A DNA stretch of 64,000 bases from Octopus sinensis (Eukaryota). Position 1 is the stretch's first letter; every line of letters starts with the position of its first letter. The DNA is taken from positions 54,312,001 to 54,376,000 of the forward strand of contig NC_043005.1 in assembly GCF_006345805.1 (NCBI RefSeq). Direction: 5' to 3'. The notes under the pieces were generated by a model. That model was given only the letters and a program-made list of their open reading frames with translations, ran no database searches and was not told the origin of the DNA. Position numbers and translations under genes: made by a program. Below, piece by piece: positions 26,419 to 39,963 of this stretch.

Positions 26419-26517
26419 AGTATATATGTATGTATGAATGTATCTATATATAAAATCTTTCAGTTGAATATTATGTTTGTTATGTACACTTTTACACTAG
26501 TCTTAGTGAGAATGTTA
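25809..26517. repeat. Long inverted duplication (~280-bp arms, (AT)n-rich spacer)
   Basis: aacattctcactaagactagtgtaaaagtg..atctgcttatgtacatatctaatatgcat (25810-~26095) is the reverse complement of ~26230-26516, with about four substitutions and microsatellite length differences. Confidence 0.95.
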
Positions 26518-27488
26518 AATCATTATATACATAATTGAATTTCCATGAACATGCCATCAGATATCGGAAATGTGATTTATGTATTATTATTATTATATAT
26601 TATTCAGAAACGCACCAGTCTTAAGTCCATGGTATGCATAGTGTATTATGGTTACAAAAGTTATTAGATTATTTTTAGCTTTAACTATTATAATGTTATA
26701 ATCTTAATGTTTTGTTTCTGAATCCTGTCAAAGATGAAAAAAGTCTGCCTATATCTTCCCTTTTCAATAGGTTATCATAATTGTGTGTATGTGAGTGTGT
26801 TTGCATGCATGCGTATGTATAGATATATATGTATTTGTATGTATATACATGTATATGCACACACACACATATATATACATACACATATATATACATGCAT
26901 ATATATATATATACACATATATATATGCATACATATATACATTTATATATGTGTGTGTGAAAGTGTGTGGGTATGTATAAGAGTATATATATACATATAC
27001 ATTTATATATATATATTTTTTTTTTCTTTCTTTTTCCTAATTTCAGCGCAGAGCTGCGGCCATGCTGATGCACCGCATATATATATATATATATATGTGC
27101 ACATACATACATTATATGCCATCAAAAGAATTCCATACGAAAACATCTGAAGTGAAGCTCCTAAAACTTGTCAGAATGATAGCTTTATAACAATTCCTGT
27201 ATCCCATATCATCGCCAAATTTCTTGAATCCTGTCCTGATGCCGAATCTTGGTAATTTTGCCAAAGTATTTTTGTCATTTAAATCTTCTTAAACCACATG
27301 TCATGTTTGGGTAGAAAGACCTTGTCATATTTAGTGTATCAAATGGACATAAAAGAAAAAAAAAAAAATTGCTGCTGCTTATATGGAGCTCCGTGTATAT
27401 ATTGCAAATTTGTATGCATATGGCAATGTAGGTTATTTCTTTGAACAATGTGTACATGCATATATAAATGTATATGTCCTGTATAATG

Positions 27489-27528
<40 letters not shown>

Positions 27529-27647
27529 TCATATATATATTCACATATATAATGATATATGTCTACATACAAATATTTGTGTATATACACATATATATAT
27601 ATATATAAATATATATATATATCCTGGCGATGATGATGATATGTGTA

Positions 27648-27681
<34 letters not shown>

Positions 27682-28256
27682 CTTATATATATATATATAT
27701 ATACTTATATATATATATTTATATATATAAGTACCTATATGTGTATATGCGTATGTGCGTGTATGGAGTTGAGGTGTGGCTGGAGGTGGGTGAGTGTCTT
27801 ATCAGTATGTCCAAAGGAATAGGCCTGAAGTTGCAGTGATATTTTTGAAGCAGTGGAGTGAAAGGAACAAGTGAGACCTCTACTGTCAATAAGACATTTA
27901 GAAAGAGACAGGAGATTAGAGGTAGCGTGACTTGTGGGGAATACATTACGGGAATCAGAGGGAGTTCAACAGTGGTAACATTTTATATAGTCATGTACAA
28001 TATATAATACATATTGTTACTGTTTTTGAATTAGAACTAGTCTACAACGAAAGGCATTCTACCACAAATAATCTAGTATGGTATTCCAGACTGCATATTT
28101 CAGTGTTTTTTTTGTTTTTATTAAGACTATAGAGTGAACTATGACTAAGTGAAGGATCTCTCGTTGTTTCATTATATTATATCGTTCATTTCATTTTTAT
28201 ATTGTCATTGTCATTCAGTCAAGTTCAGTAATGATTTAACTGTCATATCGGTTTCA

Positions 28257-28432
28257 AATTTTGGCACAAGGTCAACTATTTCAAGGGAGGAATTAAGTTG
28301 ATTACATCGACCCCAGTGCTTAACTCGTACTTATCTGATCTACCCAAAAAGCATAAAAGGCAAAGTCGACCTTGGTGGAATTTGAACTTAGAAATTTGAA
28401 CTCAGCATAACGATTTGATCAGCTTGTCACCT
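28257..28432 (-). mobile_element. Degraded family B SINE
   Basis: gattacatcgaccccagtg..gtacttat..aaaggcaaagtcgaccttggtggaatttgaact. Confidence 0.8.
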
Positions 28433-28764
28433 TCTGGTATAACAGTCATATTACATATTAAGAAAGGCTGTCCATCCATGATCACCTCACCTTATTTTTC
28501 TAGATATAGTTTAATCATAAATGTTGACAAAGTATAATTTCAGAGCGAAAGAAAGAGAGTGAGAAACATGGCTGTTATTTTTAGCAGATCAAACAACCAC
28601 AAAAGTACAAAATATTATTAAAATGATGTGTACATCTGATGGGAAACTGTTATGTTGCCACCTCAAAAAGTGTTAATCAGACACTTGATGAAAGAGTCAA
28701 GCCTGCATTTTTTTCCCATGGGCATTGTGTATGCACGATCACATTATCCAATGTTTAACTATTT

Positions 28765-29292
28765 TCTAAGGTTGTAGATTGCTTCCAAACCGCATGACCT
28801 TGTGTCCAGTTCCACTGTGTGGCATCTTGGGTAAGTGTCTTCAATTACAGATCCGAGCCTAGTGAGTGGATTTATTAGACAGAAACTGAAAGAAGCTTGT
28901 CGTATATTTCTGTGTATGTGTGTGTGTGTTAGTGTCACTTTGCCTTGATATTGTGTGATTTTTGTAAACAAGTGTTAGGCACAGGCATGGCTGTGTGGCA
29001 AGAAGCCTGCTTCTCAACCACATGCTTCCAGGTTCAGTCCTACTGCATGCCACCTTGAGCAATGATATATAGATATTTAAACATATATATACATATATAC
29101 ATATATATACATATATATATATATATACAATAAGTTTCTTTTTGTTTCCATCTGCCAAATCCACTCACAAGGCTTTGGTCAGCCTCAAGCTATAGTAGAA
29201 GATACTTGCCCAAAGTGCCATGCAGTGGGACTAAACCCAGAACCATGTGATTGAGAAGCAAGTTTCTTACCACACAGCCATACCTGTGCCTA
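28765..29292. mobile_element. Cluster of three family A SINE pieces: + 28765-28975, + head 28977-29065, - 29130-29292
   Basis: The heads taggcacaggcatggctgtgtggcaagaagcc (+) and the reverse complement taggcacaggtatggctgtgtggtaagaaact (-) form an inverted pair. Confidence 0.85.
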
Positions 29293-30992
29293 TATATTGA
29301 AATGTTAAAAATATAAGCTTTATTTTGTTTTTCATTACTAATGTAACAATGATGTGACTTTCTTAATTACTTTTAATTAAAAATGTGTTTAAAAATTATT
29401 AAGTATCATTTATTCACTCCTAGATTGAATTTACTAAGAAATATATAAATCAATTTTATATAAACTTGAAATATATGGATCTAATCAAAGAATGTTAGAG
29501 AGGATGACTTGATGAAAATACAGTCTAAAAAAAAAAGAAAAAGAAATTAATTTCTTTGACTATACTTCACCACAACAATAACAATGAGAACACCATTGTT
29601 GAGGATGAGGTAAGTTGTACAGAAATAAAAATGGTAAAATGAGGAAGCATGAACAAGGGGTGGGGAGCAAATAGAATATTTCTGCAGCCTAAACAAGTAT
29701 TTTTTAAAATTTGTCATTTGATGTTTCAGTAATCTGAATCTCTTGTTCTGTTGCATTTAATTATCATAAACAGGAATAATAATGATTCTCAACATATTTG
29801 CAGGAATTCTTCTTCTGCAGTGTAATTTTGCCTGTGAGCATGTTGGCATGTTGCAGTTCATGTGAAGAAATTTTTGACATTATATAACAAATAATAAATG
29901 TTTAAATGAAGTTAATTGTCTTTATGTGTTTTTGAATGGCCAACATGTGTCTTCCAGGCTTCAATCATTCTGCTTTCTTCTAACCATAAACTTCATAAAG
30001 ATCTGTTTGTTTATGAAAAATAAACAGATTTCAATGGTTAATGCTAATTTACTAGCACTAAATATAACATGGTAATAAGCTCAGATAAATGATTTTTATA
30101 ATTTATTTATTAATAAAAATATATTAATTGGCAGTTTCTGAGATTCAAAATATGATAAATATTTCTTTTCTTTCAATATTATGTTAACCTTGTAATATTT
30201 CAGCATGCCAGTATGATTAAGATCAGACGCTATGAAGTGAATTAATCTTTTGTAATTATCTTTTAATACAGCAGTTCCAACAAAGCTAGGACTTTGATCC
30301 CAATCTGCATTTAATTTTGGTATGATTTCACATCAAATACCACATTTAAGAGCACCTTAAAACCATCACCACCACTACCACCAGCTATTGGTCCATCAAA
30401 TCGATGAAGTTGCAAATGGTTTTATAAGGTTTGGTTGGTCAATGTGCTTCTTAGCTACTGCTACCCACTTGTATACCAGAACTGCTGTTGTTCAATTTGA
30501 CTCAAAGCAGAGTACTTTTTAGTTTATAAATCTACTCTCCAACGTCAGATTTTAACACCGAATTATTCAAAAGATGACTATAGACTTCTCAGATATAATG
30601 CTATAAAAAGTTAATTGGCAAAACTTATGTATACCTAGTTAAATTTGTACACACTGTGTAAAGAATTGTGCAGATGATAATACAAGAAGTTTTTGAAAAC
30701 AGAGATGTAATGTAATAGAAAAATGTATTAAAAACAAAGTTAAAAAATCAATATAACAAATTTAATTTAAGTACATTTAATTTAGATGACAAATGTCAAA
30801 AAAAAAAAAAATTGCTACTACCTTTGAAATAGTTACATCGAAAATTTTGCTACAGTGATGAAAATATTTAAAACAAAGAAAATTTACATATACTGATAAT
30901 TTCTAACATGTTTTAACTTGAAATATTACATGTGTTTAAGATAGTAAAAGTTTATTCATAGAGGTAATTTAAACAATTGGCTATATATATTA

Positions 30993-32294
30993 TATGAGGG
31001 TGGATGAAAAATTTCATAAGACTGGCTATGAAGGAGTGATACTAGTGCTGTGAAAGCTTGCAGGCATCAAGTTCAACACTTCTTATTAATAACTGCATTG
31101 TTTCTGCCTAGGTAAACTAACATTTAACTGTTCAAAGAAGATATCAAATGTAACTTGTAGTAAATTCTCTTGAAAGTGGACAAAATTTGGCATCGTGGTG
31201 TTATCAAGTACCCGCAGAAAACGGGTTCAACCCTCAACGACATTCATGCTGATATCGTTGCTACATTAAAGGATGATGTTCTAACATTATTTATTGACAG
31301 CGCAAAAGTGAGCAGCTGAATTTAGGAGTGGAAGGGAGAGTGATGAAGATGACCCTAGGTCTGGATGTCCTCAACTGCCATCAATGAACAACAACATTGA
31401 TCATGCTCACTACATGGTGATGAATGACAGGTAATTGACAATAAATTAAATAGTCAATGTTCTTAGCATATCACATGAGAGAGTTGAGAATATTCTGCAT
31501 AATGAACTTGGAAAGATGAAGGTTTCTTCTCAAAGAGCACCACGTCTTCTGACACCTGTTCAAAAGTGTACGAGTCTGATTACATCATGGGAAAATCTGA
31601 CATTGTTTCATGCAGATCCAATTGGCTTCCTTGAACCTTCCTTAACCCATGATGAGTGTTAGCTTCACCACTGTGAGCCAGAGACAAAGAGACAATTTAT
31701 GCAGTAGAAACACCCCCTCCTAATCTGTCCCAAAGAAGGTCAAGTTAGTTTCATCTGCAGGAAATGTAATGGTCTCAGTTTTGGGGGATGCAAAAGGCAT
31801 TGTGTCTATTGACTATCTTTAAAAGGGCCACACCATTAATGCAGAGTACTATGCCAACTTTCTGATGCAGTGACAAAAGGCTATCAAGACCAAACAGCTA
31901 GGAAGACTTATGAAAGGGGTCTTGTTTCATCAGGGCAATGCTCCAGCACACAAGTCCTTGGTTTCAATGGATGCTGTGCATGACTGTGGCTCTGTCATTG
32001 GTTGATCACACTCCCTATTCTTTTATTTGGTCCCATCTCACTATTACTTGTTCCCTAACATGAAAAAACCACTGGGGTGGAGGCCAGTAGCATAGTGAAA
32101 ATGATGTTATATCTGCTGCCGATTTTTTGACCAACAGGATAAAAGCTTTTTCACCAATGGGATCCAAGCACTGCAACATCGATGAAAAAAGTGTGTGGAC
32201 TGTAAGGGGGACTACATTGAAAAATAAACCTCATTTGGTTGCATTCTGTGAGAGTATATTGACCAGTCTATGAACGTTTCAGCTGACCCTTGTA
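30993..32294 (+). mobile_element. Full-length decayed mariner transposon (TA-flanked, ~30-bp TIRs)
   Basis: Left tatgagggtggatgaaaaatttcataagactgg vs reverse complement of right, tacaagggtcagctgaaacgttcatagactgg. ORF from ~31176: VDKIWHRGVIKY..DIHADIVATL, AAEFRSGRES.EDDPRSG.P, ENILHNELG, HHCEPETKRQ, YYAN, VLFHQGNAPAH, YLFPNMKK, GIQALQH..KKCVDCKGDYIEK* (stop 32225-32227). Several stops and frameshifts. Confidence 0.95.
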
Positions 32295-33110
32295 AAGTAT
32301 TTTCTTTAATTCAAAAATATCAACATAGTGATTAATCTCTTAGCATGAGGTTTATATACGCAGATTAAAACAGATCAGTATTCAGACAAACTATAACAGA
32401 ACTTAATTTTCTTCAGTTATGGTAAATTTTCATATATAAATTTGTGGATGTCTATAGCTGCATTTGTGTTTACAAAGTCAAATGGATAATATGTATAAAA
32501 ACATTTCAGGCCCATGATTTCTTTTTATAAAGTCAAATTCTTATGACTTGAAAACTGACAGTTGTAGACGTAGAACAAAACAAATGTATTTATAAAGTTA
32601 TTCTGTCAAGGCAATACCAAGGTAAAATGAAGGCTACTAAGAAAGAATGAAATATGGGAATAAAATAACAGCTTATACATGGTTATCTGTGACAGTTAAT
32701 AATTCGGAAGCCAACAAATTTTCTCTTAAATAACCAAAACATTTCTCATCAGACTATTCATTTCTGATTGGTTAAAATTTCTAATTAATACATTGACACA
32801 TGTATCATGGCAGTTCATTGCTTACCTTTGTACAACAACCAGTAACAGGCCATGGTGGTTAACGTGTTAATCAGAATTTCTGATTGACTAAAATAATATT
32901 TTTTATCAAAAAAAGTAAAACTAACATGGTTAGATCTTCATCTTAATCAAAAATGGTTGCCAGACTACTAGACTGATTGTTTCATATGATATACATATCA
33001 AAAGGCCACAGTTTTGTTCCATAGCCATGTGTTGACTAATATCATGTGAGTGAAATTTAGTTGATGGATACTGCACAGAATCTTTTCATACATACATATA
33101 TATCTATCTA

Positions 33111-33143
<33 letters not shown>

Positions 33144-33340
33144 CAAATGAAAGACAGAAGATGGAATATACGAGAATTTACTGTTAATCACGACAATTGT
33201 TTCGACATGTTTAGCATCAATTCCTCTTGGGTGGGACACTCAACAACTGGTTGAGGAGCATCTGGTGATGCACTTGTATCTCATTGGGTGATATTTGTCT
33301 ATATATACATACATATATACATATATGTATACATATACAT

Positions 33341-33504
33341 GCCTGTCGTTACGTTCTGAGTTCAAATTCCACTGAGGTCCACTTTGCCTTTCATCCTCTT
33401 GGCGTCGATAAATAAAGTACCAGTTTCGCACTGGGTCGATATAATCGACTAAATCCCTTTGTTTGTCCCCTTTATGTTTAGCCCCTTGTGGGTAGTAAAG
33501 AAAT
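33341..33504 (+). mobile_element. 5'-truncated family B SINE
   Basis: gtcgttacgttctgagttcaaattccactgagg..ctttgcctttcatcc..gccccttgtgggtagtaaagaaata. Confidence 0.88.
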
Positions 33505-33515
33505 ACATATACATG

Positions 33516-33578
<63 letters not shown>

Positions 33579-35840
33579 GTGTGTGTGTGTTTTATATTTA
33601 CACTTCTGTTTTGATGTTTCTCATTATGCCTGCATCTTAGAATTTCAAAAAAAGAAACAAATCAATAAAGTACTGGTGGAGGGGGTTAATATGCTCGTCC
33701 AAACCCCTTTAAAGTGTGCCCCAGCATAACCACAGACCAATGACTGGAACCGGTAAACAAAATTTTCCGGGTGTAAGATGAAGCACTCCCTGAGTCTTCT
33801 CAAAACACCAAGTGTTTTATTACACTTGCAGAAGTATTTTCAGCTCCGATTGTTGAACCTACACACACACACACACACACACCACACACACATACAGGTG
33901 TGCACTGCAACACACATGCACACACTACAACACATGCATGCATGCATACATACATACATATATACATATACATATACATACATACATACATACATATACA
34001 CACACACACTTGCATAGAAATGCACACACAAAAACATACACACCTGCATAGGAACACATACCTACACATGCAGTTCAGTTCAAACACAATGAGATCCTTT
34101 TCTACTTATGCGATAAAAAAAAATATTTAAAGAGTTCAGCAATTCAAAACAGAGGGAATACAATGAATTTTTTTATGAGTCAGAGAAGGTGCAATGCTCA
34201 TGACCTTTGCAGTACCCACCCCCAACACTAACACACCAACCTTCTACTCTGGCACCCATACTGGCAAATTCGCTGCTTTTGATGTTCACTTTGAATAATC
34301 TGTAGGTCAACGTTCACAGAAAGCAAAAAACAAATTCGAAGCATTGAGAGGGAGAAAATTCTAGAGGAATGTTATTCTGGAAAGTAATAATTGGACAAAG
34401 TGTTTCGTGTTGGATTTAGTATAGCAAGAGGAGGAGTGATAGGTGGGTTTTGTGTGCTTTGTTGGAGCGAGTTTTCTAATGCTGAAGCATAGAGTCTTAA
34501 TTGGGTTTTGTATGTTAGTTGGTAACTAATCAGAATTGAAAACTTTTCTAGTCATACAGATGAAGCCTGGACTTTACAGTGCCGATTTAGCATGCAACAT
34601 GTATAATGTAACAGATGAACTCTGAGAATAGTTATGAACCAAGAAAGTTATTTTCTTGACACTCAAAAACCAACACACACACACACACACACACACACCT
34701 CAAACACACACATGGTTTCTACCTCCCCTTCTCTCTCACTCTATCCCTATCTCACCTTTTCTATCACATCATTTACAAATATATATATATGAATGTGTAT
34801 GCATATGTATATATATATATAAAATAATTTTAATGAAGGAATAGAGCAGTTAAATGAATGTTACTCATATTTTAATGAATATCTGTCAATTATAATTGAT
34901 ATATTAAGTGTTATGCAGTGTTATGTAAAAGAAAAACCTAAGTTTGTTTGGGGCAATGGTAAAAGATATTTGCCTCTTGAACAAGAGTCTTTTACCAGTT
35001 TTTCTATAATTATATACTCATTTATAAAAATCCACATAAAAGCTAATATTTGTAATACCTTCTAGAACAAAAAATCTATTGAATAGTAGCATTTTCTTAT
35101 GAAGTAGAAGCCAAAATGCAAATTCAACACGAATACTACCACTGGATAATGCAAACAATGAAAGATCAAGTATAAATGCCTACACGAAGTAATCATCTAC
35201 TTTACCAATGTATAAATAGACTTCAATATGACTTCCTAGTAATTTAAGCTAGAGCTAAATGGACACCTACATTCTTTCTGTAATATGAACAAATGATTGC
35301 TTTGAATATTATAAACAAAGTAAATTCTACAAACCAGTATTCAAATTCTGCTCAATCTGTGAATTCAAGTAAAAGGATAACACATTTTAATACTCATAAT
35401 ACCATTAATCTTGAAACTGGACTAATTTCCTTTTAACCACCAACATCGTTCACTTAAACCTTTACTAATAAAATTATACCATCTAATCTCTTGATCAGCA
35501 CTTGATCTAAGTATAGATAAGAACAACAAGAATTACTTCTCATGAATTGATTCAAAGTGGCACTCAACTATTAAACATACACATTACCAGGCTATCACCA
35601 TCAATGTAGGATTGCATGCATGTATATCATTATTCAGTTTATTAAAAGATTTCTTTCTAAGAGAGAAAGAACTGGTTTCTAACCTAGATCCAAAGTTCCT
35701 TCATTGGAATTTTAACATCAACAATAGGGTATTTTTGTTTGTATATATGTATGTATGCACGTATGCACATATGTATGTATATATGTACGTACGTACATTT
35801 GTATGTATGTATGTATGTATGTATGTATGTATGTATGTAT

Positions 35841-36630
35841 GTGCAGATTTGTATGTTTTATGTATGTATTCTCATGCATATAGTTGCATATCTAGACATG
35901 CTTATATATATTTAAATGATAAACTTCTGGAAAGTTTTACAGATTTTTACAGTTCCACTTATGGATTGGATCCATAGTCTTGCAATCAGCTTTCTCCTTT
36001 CTGATTTTCAGAAGCCTTATTTCTCAAGATTGGTATTTAGGCAGTGTGTTACATATCCCAGGACCCCAATAATTACAGGTAAAAACCTGAATTTTTAATC
36101 TGGATTGAGTAACTTCAGATTTCTCAATAGTTCAGCATAGGTGTTCTCTTTTCAATGATCTTCAGCTTTATGTTAATATCCGCTGGGCAGCTAATTTCCA
36201 CAACTGTGCAGAGTTTCTCGTCTCTATCCCAAATCATTATATCAGGTCTGTTGTGCTTGCATTTTATTGAGGTCGTCACTGGGATGTTCCAGCAATATTC
36301 CTTTTTATTATGAGTGGCTATGGCATCTACCATATTGTGGGTTCTTATTTCTTTGCCCTCAAGATTATCCTTCTGACAGATTTCATTATAGAATGTTCCA
36401 TCAGTAGACAATATTGTGATGACATTTTTGGACAACTGCTTATGATGACAACATTTTTGGACAACTGCTTATCACGTTGAAGATATCAACGTGAACTCTA
36501 CAAAGTCTACATTGGTTGTCACATTTTACTGCTTTTCCAGCATCTCTATCCCTTTTGTGCATCAGGTACTTGGTTGATATTTCCTGTTCCTGGATTACAA
36601 ACACATACCCTTCATAGTAGGAGGTAGTAA
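35841..36630 (-). mobile_element. R4/Dong-like non-LTR retrotransposon 3' end (CCHC knuckle, RLE, 3' UTR) ending in (CATA)n
   Basis: Minus strand: YEGYVFVIQEQEISTKYL..CDNQCRLCRVHV..ISSCPK, CWNIPVTTSIKCKHNRPDIMIWDRDEKLCTVVEISCPAD, ..GTVKICKTFQKFII* (~35913), then a ~70-bp UTR, then (CATA)n. Confidence 0.9.
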
Positions 36631-38535
36631 TCTGGCTATTGGTCTATAATAGGAATATCTCTATTTAGGTTTGTCACCATTGAAATGATTTGGTTGTGTT
36701 GAGCCGATGTCAATGAATGAAAGAACATGAATTCCATTTGAAATTTTGAATACAAAATTATTTTTTTATCATTAAACAAAACAATGGAAAATTGTTTATA
36801 CCAAGTAAATAAAGTTGGTATAAACAGTTTACAAGATATTTGCATTTTGAGAATGACAATAGTTGTAAGATGTCTGTCTAGCAGATTGACCAACCTTTGG
36901 CATAAACCACCACCAGCAGCTAGCAGAAAGGGAATTCAATCGACAGTTAATGATTTTCAAATGAAAGGGCACCAAAACATGAAATCTTTAATAGCATCAT
37001 TGAGTGTTTTGCAGCTGTCATCAATAATTGAACAAATTTGTGTTGATATAGTGATTTCTACCTGAGATTTGATTGGACAATCATGTGCTAACAGCATCAA
37101 TCTCTAACAAAATTCTGGCCATAGCAATCCACTTTCAATTTCTATGTGTTTTGGGATTGCCAAATATTCTTACTAGGGCAACACAAGACTGACTGGCTAA
37201 TAAGTCTCCACTCAAGATTACAACTGATTCAATGATAGTCAGCTGTTATTTAATTAGCTGACTTTACTTAACCTTTAATAATAGTGGGTCTGTAAACACT
37301 ATGTTGATGGGGGTTAAGGAAGGTATACAGTCACTGATGAAATTCTAGTTCATGGGTTGCAATTGGCCCAAATGTACTTTGTTTTTTTATACAAGAATAT
37401 ATTGTCGAGACATATAAGTTGACTTTATCCATCAATAAATACATTATAGTACATTATAGATATATAGATATATTCTATTATAGTACATTATAGATATATA
37501 GATATATTCTATTATTGAACATGTGAGTGCATGTGTTTGTGTGTGTGTGCGTGCGTGTGTGTGCATGTGTGTGTGTATGTGTATGTGTGTGCACATGTGC
37601 TTGAACATGTGAGTAAGACAACCATTTATTAACAATGTTTTTCATGGTATAGCAAACAGAATGTGCCTGAGATAAAGATATTTTTACTTATACATATTGT
37701 AAGTCACTTCAAACTATTTGCATGCATCAGTTCTTCCATATACAACGCTAATTAATTATCAGTTCAGTTGAATCTATAGAGATATTAATTCTCACATATT
37801 TGTGCAAAGTCTGTTCTTAACATACTAATTACATTAATGTTGCTGCATTGATTTTGTCTAATTGAAAAATCCTTGTGTATATCTTAGTATAAGATGATCC
37901 ACCAGTAATTGAAGCTTGTCTTGAAGGTTCAAGATTGTGAGAATTCAATGCAGAGATTATTTTTCTAAAAAATGAAAGACAAATAGATTTTCTGAAATAC
38001 AAGTCGACATAGAATACAGTGTAAACATGTAGTGTAAACATTCAAACATCGTCACAAACTTTCCAAATCCTGCTGCATGTCACAAAGAATTTTTGGTCCT
38101 CCAAAGTCATCTTGGTGCATAACTTGACCTATCTGTTTTTTGGCTGTAAATTTGGGTCTGAAAATTCGACTTGGACATCATAAAATATGATAAAGTGCAC
38201 TTGTGAAACTCCAACACAGGAAGATTATATCTGCCAGAATAACACAGCGATTAGAACAGTGGAATCCATTACAGAATTTTTAGAGTATTGATCAAAATAC
38301 GTTGCAGAATTTGTTCTGGTTCTTTGCATTCTGTGTTTAGTTCCTTCTGGGAACAACTCTGCATTTCATCCCTCCATGTTAATAAATTTAAAATATCCTC
38401 AAAATACCGGGTGGCAGAGAGGTCTACAGTGTCAGTTAACCACTCCACTCAAAATTATTTGCCTTGTGTCGAGATTAGAAACAAAAGCTACTATAGACTG
38501 TCATTGGATTATAAACAACAAAGAGAGATAAGTGT

Positions 38536-39170
38536 TTGGAATTTGCATCACCAGTCTGGAACCCCTATCCTACTCAGGATACTGACCTCCATGAAACTGT
38601 TCAGAGGCGTGCAACCAAACGAATATCTTCCATCAGGCATCTACCATACTCTGAACTTGTTTCCCTTGTCATAGATACATTAAAGCTCCAACATCTGGCA
38701 ACTGACTTAGTAAACATTCATAAAACTATTAACCATAACACCAACAACCACCTTGAACATCTTTTTTGAGCTCCATGTGTCTAATACACGTGGGCATGTC
38801 TACAAAGTCATAAAACAGCACAGCTCCTATGACTTTCAGAAGCATTTTTTCACACTTAGAGTTGCTGAATCATGGAAGAAACGACTTGCATCAGTTGTTA
38901 GTTTCCAAGACATTGCATCCTTTAAAACCTCCATGCTTCCTGAAATTTGCCCACACTACACCTGATATCCCACCCCTCCATACGCATGCACACATGTATA
39001 TTGTGACTCATACACTGTTCACTTTCCTGACTTTTGTATGTAATTCTATGTACTGTACATGCACTTTTGATGAGTTGTAGTGCACCTGAGCACTATACAC
39101 AATAATTTCATTATTATCATTATCGTTATTATTATTATTATTGTTGTTGTTGTTGTTATTATTATTATTG
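38536..39170 (+). mobile_element. CR1/L2-group LINE 3' end with (ATT)n tail
   Basis: LEFASPVWNPY..QDTDL.ETVQRRATK.I.SIRHLPYSE.L.SL..DTLKL, SNTRGH.YKV.KQHS..DF.KHFF.LRV.E.W. A 3' UTR runs to ~39108, then an (ATT)/(GTT) tail. Confidence 0.9.
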
Positions 39171-39751
39171 GCATATTGATCCTCTCCAGATGCAACAAGA
39201 TTTGTTTCAACTCATGAAGTCACATCAAGAATCTTGTAATCCAAATACGAAAATGAAGAGTGAAAAAGAATCGTTTTCCTGTCTTAAAGTGATCTAAGGA
39301 GCAGAAGTAATAGACAGGTAAGTGAGAAGATGAAGAAACAATGAAAGAAAATATGAAGATTCAATTGAAACAGGAGCTGACATGGTCAGTACTGGGACTA
39401 GATTGGGGGGGGGGGAAATATAGGATAATTATAAAAGAAATGGCTAGGGACCTAATTATTATGAGATGTAAGGTAATTATATTGAAGATGGACTCAGGTA
39501 AAAACATTAATTAGAATTCAGTTAACTTTGATGGAAGGCAGTGTTTCTGTTTAAGAACTAAGAGAAATAGAAAGAATTTGAGAAGTCGTATCTGAGCAAG
39601 TTAGGCCTCATAAACTGAATGAAAATTAACTGCAACAAATGATGTACTGCATGGTAAACTTAATTTCCTCTAATACAGATGTTCAAATGTAAATAATAAT
39701 GAGACCAAAGATAAAGATACGTATCTTTGAACATGTTTTATACATTAACTA

Positions 39752-39963
39752 AGGCGGCAAGCTGGCAGAATTGTTAGCGTGTTGGACGAAATGCTTGGTG
39801 GTATTTCACCCGTCGCTATGCTCTAAGTTCAAATTCTGCCAAGGTTGATTTTGTCTTTCATCCTTTCAGAGTCAATAAATTAAGTACCAGTGAAACACTG
39901 GGGTCGATATAATCGACTAGTCCTCACCCCACGAATTTGAGGCCTGTGCCTCCAGTAGAAAGG
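39752..39963 (+). mobile_element. Full-length family B SINE (variant tail ..gaggcctgtgcctccagtagaaagg)
   Basis: aaggcggcaagctggcagaattgttagc..gttcaaattctgccaagg..ctttcatcctttc..aattaagtaccag..ctggggtcgatataatcgact. attaact occurs on both flanks (possible TSD). Confidence 0.88.

Noticed and set aside
29540-29615. Strong donor gag|gtaagt after an N-rich open frame
   Set aside because: No plausible upstream acceptor with a pyrimidine tract.
33195-33225. Hammerhead-ribozyme-like motif on the minus strand (ttgatgc..gtcgaaac); a similar one at ~55225-55255
   Set aside because: PLE ends often carry hammerheads, but here the CUGANGA core is mutated and I cannot draw stems I-III. An Infernal search with hammerhead models would be needed.
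36640-37300. Possible L1/Tx1 C-terminal zinc-finger remnant (LHFENDNSCK..)
   Set aside because: Only one weak motif among many stops; cannot be supported by eye.
37870-38180. Possible pogo/Tigger-type MITE
   Set aside because: Only vague resemblance to such termini; I could not pair TIRs.
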